A stretch of 64,000 nt of DNA from Eledone cirrhosa (taxonomy: Eukaryota). The notes beneath the pieces were generated by a model. The model was not told the DNA's origin and did not search any database. It was given only the letters and a program-made list of their open reading frames with translations. The stretch is from assembly GCA_964016885.1 (NCBI GenBank), contig OZ024742.1:195052001-195116000 (forward strand), given 5' to 3'. Position numbers and translations under genes: made by a program. The stretch's first letter is position 1; each line of letters opens with the position of its first letter. Shown here piece by piece: positions 55,687-64,000 of this stretch.

Positions 55687-56129
55687 CATATTTATATGTT
55701 TGTATATATATATAAGTGTTTAAAATAGCATACTACATAAAACATTCAAACAATAACCTAATGAGAACTCTACACGTTAAAGTATAATGTCAATTTTATT
55801 CTCTGACTGGCCACACACACACACAAGCTCATACTGATACATATACATGCATCCAAACATACGTACGTATTTATGTGTGTGTGTGTCTAAATGAGAGTGT
55901 GTAGACATGTTTATATTCATTGTCGGGAAGTATATTGTTAAATCGTTAAGAATGAAAAGAAATCAAAATAAAATTAAAGTACTCAATACATTGAGTAGAG
56001 AGTGAAAATTAATCTATTTTAAAATGACTCCTTGAACGAAGAAATAGAACTAGTGACACAATTTAATATACAAATACGAGGGTCCCAACTACTGATACAA
56101 ACGTCACCGCTATTATAATGGTTTCTTAT

Positions 56130-56482
56130 ATAGGCACAAGGCCAGCAATTTTGGGGTAGGCGACAGGCGATTAAATCGACTCCAGTGTGTGACTGGTACT
56201 TTATTTTATCGACCCCGTAAGGATGAAAGGCAAAGTCAACCTCGGCGGGATTTGAACTCAGATCGTAAAGGGACGTAACTATGCTGGAAAGCATGGCGTC
56301 CGACCCTCTACCGATACTGCCAATCCACCGCTATTATAATTGTTTCTACTTTAGGCACAAGGCCAGCAATTACCCAGTGCATTACTGGTACTTTATTTTA
56401 TCGACCCCGTAAGGATGAAAGGCAAAGTCAACCTCGGCGGGATTTGAACTCAGATCGTAAAGGGACGTAACTATGCTGGAAA
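56130..56482 (-). mobile_element. Tandem SINE family A pair (further copies 57028-57195, 57218-57408)
   Basis: Near-identical cores, suggesting a young subfamily. Confidence 0.9.
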
Positions 56483-57738
56483 TGACAGAAGATTGGATTT
56501 GAGCTGAGAAAGTAGAAAGCTGGAACGGATAAAACGAAGCAGCCCTATTCTGGTATATTATTCATCGCCCTTTAAAGGAAGAAAGGCAACATTGTTCTAA
56601 GCGGGATTTGACTTAGAGCACAATAAGTCGGAATAATATCGAGGGATCTTCAATGCGGCGTCGTAACGATTCTGCCAATTCGCCATCTTGTACATGTTTA
56701 TAAGAAATAGACAAATATCAGACCAGACAGTAGTATTTCAGTTACTCAAACTGACATATTTAATCGTTGAATGTGCGCAACATCTAAATGGGCAATCGGT
56801 GGTGACTTTATATCTAGTTTAGATAACCAAACGAAAAGAATGAACAGCAAATAAAACACAAGAAAGTATAGATTATTTACTATAGGTGAAATCTTATATT
56901 AGCTTCGTAAATAATAGCTTTCGTCAAATATTTTCAGTGAAGAGGAGAAGTCAATTTATTTCTACGATTACACTTGGTCTCTAATATATTATACAAATTG
57001 GCCCCTGAGCTTTACGTTATAATAATTGTTTCTAGTTTTTGCACAAGGCCAGCAATTACATTACTCGTACTTTATTTTATCGACCCCGTAAGGATGGAGG
57101 GCAAAGTTAACCTCGACGGGATTTGAACTCAGACCGTAAAGGGACGTAACTATGCTGGAAAGCATGGTGTCCGACCCTCTACCGATACTGCCATTCCTGC
57201 TTTAGGTTATAATAATGATTTCTAGTATAGGCACAAGGCCAGTAATTTGGGGGGAGGGGAAAGTCGATGAAATCGATCCCAGTACGTCACTGGTACTTTA
57301 TTTTATCGACCCCGTAATGATGAAATGCAAAGTTAACCTCGGAGGACCGTAACTCTTTGACACAAAGCATATTCTCCGATGCTCTACCGATACTGCTAAT
57401 CCACCACCATGCTTTAGGTTATAATAATGATAACGTTTTCCAACAATGCAGATAATGATGAGAGCTTAGTTAAAGACGTTTATATAAACCGTTTAATCAA
57501 TTCTAATCACTAAGCAGAATATAACACAATGTATCATAGTATAAAACACCACACTCAGCTCATACATACACAACACATGACACATAACACAATACATTAT
57601 GTGGAATACGAAAGATAAAACTCAACATATCATACATTTCAAGCAGTACTTAAATGCTGAATCATTGTAAGAAACTTGCTCGACGGCTCAAGGCAATTCT
57701 GTCATATATATATATATATGTGTATACGCAATTCTGTC

Positions 57739-57772
<34 letters not shown>

Positions 57773-57889
57773 ATATATATATACAGATGTGTTGGTATCT
57801 GTGTTTCATCGTATATATTAGTTTATACACGGCTCAGGGGTATTTTCCTCCTTCGAGCTAATTCCACTGTAAAAGAATTCCTTACACTT

Positions 57890-57979
<90 letters not shown>

Positions 57980-58115
57980 TCTCTATATTATTACATTGCG
58001 ATTGACCATACGGAATTGACCAGCTCTATCCAGTGGTGAACCTCAAACCTGAATATATATATGTATTTATGCATATATATATATGTGTGTGTGTATGTGT
58101 ATGTGTATATGCATG

Positions 58116-58205
<90 letters not shown>

Positions 58206-58231
58206 CATATATATATATATGTGTGTGTGCA

Positions 58232-58291
<60 letters not shown>

Positions 58292-58317
58292 CATATATAT
58301 ATATGTGTGTGTGTGTA

Positions 58318-58353
<36 letters not shown>

Positions 58354-58392
58354 TAGATAGATATATAGATATATATATATATAAATAAATAC

Positions 58393-58428
<36 letters not shown>

Positions 58429-58430
58429 AC

Positions 58431-58477
<47 letters not shown>

Positions 58478-58483
58478 CGTGTA

Positions 58484-58532
<49 letters not shown>

Positions 58533-58751
58533 GCATCTATATGTAATCTCGGAAGATTACTTCTTCGAATCTTTGTGTGAAACAGAGCTATAAATTAGAA
58601 ACGATAAAATTCATCAAGGTTATATTTTCTTGTTTCTTTCATTTATCATCTTCTTTTCTTCTTCATCTTATTTGCCATTTTCCCTGTCTTTTAATATCGT
58701 TCTCATTAACATCATCGCCTGTGTAATTGTTGTTATTGTGATGAATCATTG

Positions 58752-58801
<50 letters not shown>

Positions 58802-58918
58802 GATATCATTTATTAGCCACAAGACCCGACATGTAGGTATTATTATTAATGAACTGGGTAATTGCTGGCCTTGTGCCAAAAGTAGAAACAATTATTATTA
58901 TTATTATTATTAGGATAT

Positions 58919-59104
58919 AGGGCGGTGGATTGGCAGTATCGGTAGAGGGTCGGACGCCATGCTTTCCAGCGTAGTTACGTCCCTTTACGATCTGAGTTCA
59001 AATCCCGCCGAGGTTGACTTTGCCTTTCATCCTTACGGGGTCGATAAAATAAATTACCAGTAATGCACTGGGTAATTGCTGGCCTTGTGCCTAAGGTAGA
59101 AACA

Positions 59105-59137
<33 letters not shown>
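58919..59137 (+). mobile_element. SINE family A with an (ATT)n tail, directly upstream of the LINE
   Basis: Full element followed by (ATT)n to 59137. Confidence 0.9.
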
Positions 59138-59350
59138 GAATGCCATGGTTGACGGAGGCTCGGCTCTGTAAGGTATAGTAATTTTTAACCGTTAAAACAA
59201 TTGTAAATTGTTTAAAACTTGAACCAAATTGTTGATAAAGACACCCTCCTCCTCGTGAGAGGGGTCTTTCTGTCCGTTATTTGGCCCTTCGGGGTTAAAT
59301 AACCAGTTATTGGGGTTTTGTACCCAAAATTTCATTTTAAACAAAAAAAC

Positions 59351-61447
59351 ATGGCTACGAAAAAGAAATTTCATACGTCACTCCCACTCATTCCGTCTTC
59401 TTCTTCCTCAATCATCACTACAGCAGAGAGAAGATTGTCTCTCTCCCTCCCTTCTTTAAATGTGTCTCTCTCCCTCCCTTCTCTTTCGCAAGCGACGAAA
59501 GAAAAGAAAAGTCTCGTGCAAAGCGTGCAAGGTTTCTCCACGACGACGACGACAGCGACGAAACAGGTGTGCGGGAAATACGAAAACCCAGTTCATTCGT
59601 CTGACGTCAGGAATAATAGCAGTAGCAGCCGTAATAACAACAGCAACAGTGACAATGAAAACAACAGTAGCAGCCGCAACAGCATCACCAGCAGCATAAA
59701 CAACAACAGCATTAGCAGCAGCAACACCAACAACAACCACAGCAACAGCGGCGGAGGCAGTAGTCGTAGTACCTGCAGCAACAACAAAAGTACCAGCAGC
59801 TCTGACGACAACAACAACAGCAGAGAAAAACCAATCTCATTTGCAGGTATTGCGAAAAACTTGGAAACAATCCTCATAACAAATGAGGAATTAGAGGAAG
59901 CGAAGAAGATGGTGACAAAGAACGGACACCGAGCAATCTGCAAGGCAGCGAAAAACTTTTTCGAAACCCAAGAGCACTGTACGGTCACGTACCGTACAGT
60001 AAGTACAAAATCCCGTAGGGTGGAAAGAGCCACAGAGGCCCAAATACAAAAAGCCTTGGGGTCTGTGTGGCAGAGGAAAACGCACATCACCCGAGGCAAA
60101 AAATACGCCACCGTAGACGTACTTTTTGCCACACCCCAGGAGGCAAAGGCCCAATCAGTAGTGACCCTAAGGAGCGAGGAAATGGTGTTGGTGCCCTCCT
60201 ACTGCGGACAAAAAATTGTGAGGGTCAAACTGACCCACGTCCCCCCCGGAATGACCCCTTCTTGGCTGGCCGCGTCTGTCCTCGTCGGAATCGAGGACAA
60301 AACAACTGTACTGCAAGTACAGAAAAAAGTAAGAGAAGATTGGGTCGGCTCCTCCATTGAGATGCTAATCCAAACCAACCAGGAGTGCATCGAAGCTATC
60401 CCGGATGTGATAGACTTCGATAACGGCACTCAACTGCCCATAAGTGTTGAGGGCAAACGCCCGAAATGCTTTCGCTGTGGATCGAAGACTCACCTCAGGG
60501 CCTTCTGCAACGAGAAGACCCTGAGAAAGGAGAAAACCCCCCTCCTTCCGAATCCGGCTCCACGGCTACCAGCAACAGGACAAGCGGCAACCAGGAACGA
60601 TAGGTCCGTGGCACCCATACCCACTCCACGGAAATCAAAGACAGCAGCAGCAGTGGAAATATTAACAACAACAACAGCAATACCAAATGCAGCTGCAACA
60701 GAGACTCCAGTGCAAACATCACCAACAACAACAAGTGAAAGAGTGGAGCTGGTACCCCTCCCCGACCTTACAGAATCAGACATGGAGTGTGAGGTGGGAG
60801 AGGGATGGCAAAAGGTCGCAAGAAGGCACAAACGCAGAAGCAGCGCATCGTCGCCTTTGAAAAGGGAGGAAAGAAATGAGAAAAGGGTAAAGTCTACTGC
60901 AAAGAGACCCACAGCAGCAACACCACCAACACCATCACCACCCACACCAGCACCACCATCACCACCGGCGACAACCCCACCGCCAACAACACCTTCAACA
61001 CCACCACCACAAGCACCAACATCGCAAACACAACAACAAAACACACACACCCAGCAACAACGACAAGAAAATAGCAGAACCACACCCCAACCCCAGAAAA
61101 ACAAATGCACGGCAATAAACACACACAACAAGAAACTAATGACTTACATAATTGAACACACAGACATTTCACAACAGGACTACATAATACCAGCACCAAT
61201 CAAAACGCCAACTAACATAAGACTGCTAAAAATAGCACAGAAACAATACACAAACATTAAAACGAAATTCCCCAACGCAGTTGGTGATTTCAGGGACCTA
61301 GGAGGAACCATTAATCGAAGAGTATATTCAGACATTCTCTTAGAAGAGCCGACGACCAGCCGAAGGGACGATTCAACGGTCCCTTCACCAGACGATCAAG
61401 TGAAAAGGGATGTAAAAACCATCCCTCCTCTACCAAAAGTACGGTAA
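59351..61447 (+). CDS. LINE ORF1p (698 aa): gag-like protein with a CCHC zinc knuckle and S/N- and P/T-rich tracts
   Basis: ATG at 59351; CFRCGSKTHLRAFC; EGWQKVARRHKRR motif. Confidence 0.85.
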   Translation: MATKKKFHTSLPLIPSSSSSIITTAERRLSLSLPSLNVSLSLPSLSQATKEKKSLVQSVQGFSTTTTTATKQVCGKYENPVHSSDVRNNSSSSRNNNSNSDNENNSSSRNSITSSINNNSISSSNTNNNHSNSGGGSSRSTCSNNKSTSSSDDNNNSREKPISFAGIAKNLETILITNEELEEAKKMVTKNGHRAICKAAKNFFETQEHCTVTYRTVSTKSRRVERATEAQIQKALGSVWQRKTHITRGKKYATVDVLFATPQEAKAQSVVTLRSEEMVLVPSYCGQKIVRVKLTHVPPGMTPSWLAASVLVGIEDKTTVLQVQKKVREDWVGSSIEMLIQTNQECIEAIPDVIDFDNGTQLPISVEGKRPKCFRCGSKTHLRAFCNEKTLRKEKTPLLPNPAPRLPATGQAATRNDRSVAPIPTPRKSKTAAAVEILTTTTAIPNAAATETPVQTSPTTTSERVELVPLPDLTESDMECEVGEGWQKVARRHKRRSSASSPLKREERNEKRVKSTAKRPTAATPPTPSPPTPAPPSPPATTPPPTTPSTPPPQAPTSQTQQQNTHTQQQRQENSRTTPQPQKNKCTAINTHNKKLMTYIIEHTDISQQDYIIPAPIKTPTNIRLLKIAQKQYTNIKTKFPNAVGDFRDLGGTINRRVYSDILLEEPTTSRRDDSTVPSPDDQVKRDVKTIPPLPKVR

Positions 61448-61482
61448 GTGGTCTTTCCCATCTTTTCCACTCTATTTTAAAC

Positions 61483-64000
61483 ATGACCTCACTCAGAATA
61501 GGCAGCATAAATGCGCGTGGCTTGGGGTCGTCATGGAAGCAGGGTCACCTGCTCAACGACCTCAGGTCACTAAACATAGATGTAGTGGCCATCAGCGAGA
61601 CCAGAATCTCCGAAGCACGGGCCTTCGCACCGATCTTCGGCGGCTACGATGTGTACGCATCTCCCAGCCGTCCTGGATCGGGTGGAGGAGTTGCTGTGCT
61701 TTTTCGGAGAGGTTTGGATCTCGCCATACGGGCCATCTTCCTGGACCCAGAGGGTAAGCTGGTGGTGCTGGACGTGACCAGCGGAGACGGGCAAGCTTTC
61801 AGGCTAGTGGCCGTCTATGCCCCGACAGGAGCAGGGCGGCCTGATTTCTTCCGGCGTCTGGAGACCTTTCTTGGAACGTCCCGCTCTTTAGTGTTAGTGG
61901 GCGACTGGAACGGGATCTTAGATGCACGCTGGGACTGTGTGGGATTAGCGGATAGGGGTGGAGGGTGCAAGAGCCTCACCAACCTGCTCAGGCGTTTTGA
62001 ACTGTCTGACAGGTACCGATTGGATTTCCCGAATGTGCCAATGTGGACTTGGACAAACCGCATAGGGTCATCCAGATCATATCTAGATAGAGTATTTTGT
62101 AGGGAAATAGATAGGTCTAGCATAGGCTGTCCACAATTCAAGATAGTCAGCTACACGGACCACAAATTCGTGACCTGTGTGCTTGACTTAGATAGGCTTC
62201 ATAGACGAGGACCCGGCTACTGGAAGCTAAACGCGTCCTTACCAGCGCGCAAGGCCTACAGAGACCGGATTAGCGAACTAGTTAAGCGGGCGTTGACGGG
62301 GGCCATCGTCAACAACAAGTGGTGGTTTGCTCTGAAAAGAGCGATTAGAATAGAATCGATTAGGTTTAGTAAGGCTTTAGCAATAGAGAAAAATAGAGCA
62401 GAGGGAGAACTAGTTAGAAAATTAGACGAGGCGCTTAGCAAAGGCATTGCGACCGACGTGCTTGCGGCGAAATTGGCCCTTGACCAATTCTTCAATGCAA
62501 AGCACGAAGGCTGCGTTGTCAGAGCTAGGGTGCGTGCTCTCAGACACGAGGGGACGAAAGCCGTTCAATGGGCCCGAGTGGCGGAGGCGCGTCGTGGCAA
62601 CAAAGCCACGATCCGGTCTTTGGTGGACCACGACGGGCGCATGCTACTCGATCCCGGGCAAATGTGTGAAGCTTTTCAGCGACACTTCGCTCAGCTGTTC
62701 GGGGGCAGCGGGGGGCCGGGTAGAGGGATGGACTTTAGTGTCTACCTCGACGGACTGCCGCGGCTCTCGGCCACTGAGGCGAAGTGTTGCGAAAAGCCGA
62801 TAACAGCCGCTGAAGTACGGGAGGCAATGACTGGCTGCACAAGGGGTAAATCGCCTGGTTTGGATGGTCTGCCCTATGAACTTTACGTACAGATACCAGA
62901 CTTGTTCGGAGGCCTCTTGGCGGACGTCTACTGCAACTGGCAACAGAACGGGAGAATTCCCAGTTCTGTGAGCCGAGGAGCGGTGGCACTGCTGAGAAAG
63001 GATCCGAACAAGGGGGATAACATAGACAATTTCCGGCCCATAACTCTGCTAAACACAGAGTTTAAGATTTTGGCCAAGGTGCTAGCAAAGAGGTTGGCGC
63101 TTGTCGTTGGTGGTCTGGTGGGAGAGGCGCAGACATGCGCCATTCCCGACAGATCCATCCACGACAACCTCCACCTCATGCGATACATCGTAGAGAGGGT
63201 AGCTAGGGAACCTGGCACGGGTGGGTCCTTGATCAATTTAGATCAGTCGAAAGCTTTCGATAGGGTCGACCATCGTTACCTAGCGGCAGTCCTGAGGGCG
63301 GCTGGCTTTGGGCCCGTCTTCAGAGGCTGGATCGCTGCCATGCACAGCGACATCTGCTCTGTAGTGAGAGTGAACGGTCACCTGTCGGAACCGTTCAACA
63401 TCATGCGCTCGGTCCGCCAAGGATGTCCCCTCTCGTCCCTCTTGTACGTATTGACTCTCGAGCCATTACTGCACAAACTGGAGACGATGAGGGGAGTCCC
63501 GCGCGAACTAGGATGCGGAAGATCCGTGTCAGCATATGCGGACGATGTCACCGTAGTGGTGTCGAACGCCAAACACATCGAGGCGATCGGCACTACACTA
63601 AGAGAATACGAAGCGGTGACAGGAGCAATGATCAACCAGGAAAAGTCAGTGGGCCTGCAGCTCGGCACCTGGAGAGGCAGGTCCATGCCGTCCAACAGCG
63701 TCGTCGGGCGCTGGACGGACGGAGCGGTTAAATTGCTAGGGGTCTGGTTCGGTCCGGACCTCCAGACGGACAAAAACTGGGACGAGGTGACGAGCAGGGT
63801 GGCTTCTCTCACCCAGAAATGGGCGGAGAGGAAGCTATCCCTGAAAGGTCGAGCGGAGGTGGCTAACGCGTACATCGCGTCTGTCATCTGCTACCGCCTA
63901 ACCGTCGTACCTTGTCCTAAGCCTCGCCTGACTGCGCTGGAGCGTTTGCTCTTTCGCTTTTTGTGGAAGGGACGTGCTCCGATGGTCAGGCGGTCCATCT
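61483..64000 (+). CDS. LINE ORF2p: APE endonuclease plus reverse transcriptase (3'-partial; absent from the ORF track, presumably because there is no stop in the window)
   Basis: MTSLRIGSINARGL...AISET...GDWN...YLDRV...TDH; GKSPGLDGLP, FRPITLLN, DQSKAFDRVDH, VRQGCPLS (63421), AYADD (63532), in one frame. Confidence 0.93.
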   Translation, partial: MTSLRIGSINARGLGSSWKQGHLLNDLRSLNIDVVAISETRISEARAFAPIFGGYDVYASPSRPGSGGGVAVLFRRGLDLAIRAIFLDPEGKLVVLDVTSGDGQAFRLVAVYAPTGAGRPDFFRRLETFLGTSRSLVLVGDWNGILDARWDCVGLADRGGGCKSLTNLLRRFELSDRYRLDFPNVPMWTWTNRIGSSRSYLDRVFCREIDRSSIGCPQFKIVSYTDHKFVTCVLDLDRLHRRGPGYWKLNASLPARKAYRDRISELVKRALTGAIVNNKWWFALKRAIRIESIRFSKALAIEKNRAEGELVRKLDEALSKGIATDVLAAKLALDQFFNAKHEGCVVRARVRALRHEGTKAVQWARVAEARRGNKATIRSLVDHDGRMLLDPGQMCEAFQRHFAQLFGGSGGPGRGMDFSVYLDGLPRLSATEAKCCEKPITAAEVREAMTGCTRGKSPGLDGLPYELYVQIPDLFGGLLADVYCNWQQNGRIPSSVSRGAVALLRKDPNKGDNIDNFRPITLLNTEFKILAKVLAKRLALVVGGLVGEAQTCAIPDRSIHDNLHLMRYIVERVAREPGTGGSLINLDQSKAFDRVDHRYLAAVLRAAGFGPVFRGWIAAMHSDICSVVRVNGHLSEPFNIMRSVRQGCPLSSLLYVLTLEPLLHKLETMRGVPRELGCGRSVSAYADDVTVVVSNAKHIEAIGTTLREYEAVTGAMINQEKSVGLQLGTWRGRSMPSNSVVGRWTDGAVKLLGVWFGPDLQTDKNWDEVTSRVASLTQKWAERKLSLKGRAEVANAYIASVICYRLTVVPCPKPRLTALERLLFRFLWKGRAPMVRRSI

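Larger units (their letters stand above)
59138..64000 (+). mobile_element. Tx1/L1-clade LINE with 5' UTR and both ORFs open so far; runs off the window
   Basis: Two long open frames with a zinc knuckle, APE and RT motifs. Confidence 0.92.

Noticed and set aside
59244-59275. HDV-like ribozyme suggested by CTC-CTCCTCGT-GAG
   Set aside because: I found no upstream P1 partner or correctly placed GG for P1.1; a simple hairpin explains it.
60490-63887. Antisense and alternative-frame ORFs within the LINE
   Set aside because: Shadows of the GC-richer ORF1 and ORF2.

Overview
Eukaryotic, AT-rich, microsatellite-dense DNA in which I found no host gene exon. The dominant tRNA-derived SINE resembles those I recall from octopod (cephalopod) genomes; this is inference, not a database result. 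Most ORFs in the track are artefacts of (TA)n/(CA)n/(CATA)n repeats. Main result: positions 1-6211 are a 466-bp tandem array in which every complete monomer carries an intact minimal type-I hammerhead ribozyme (HHR) with a palindromic stem III and an upstream octamer (ATGCAAAT). It therefore resembles a newt-satellite-2 / non-LTR-retrozyme array. The array has an exact 3-monomer (1398-bp) higher-order period and folds back into a perfect palindrome centred on nt 2285, at a 13-bp quasi-palindrome native to the monomer. Next to it lie two Penelope-like elements (PLEs) and several small HHR-bearing fold-back elements, all with the same left-minus/right-plus geometry, which suggests PLE-driven mobilisation of ribozyme RNAs. 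The rest of the window holds many SINEs, a bipartite RTE-derived element in tandem, R4/Dong-like remnants in microsatellites, two MITEs, and a so-far-uninterrupted Tx1-like LINE that starts in an (ATT)n tract and runs off the end.
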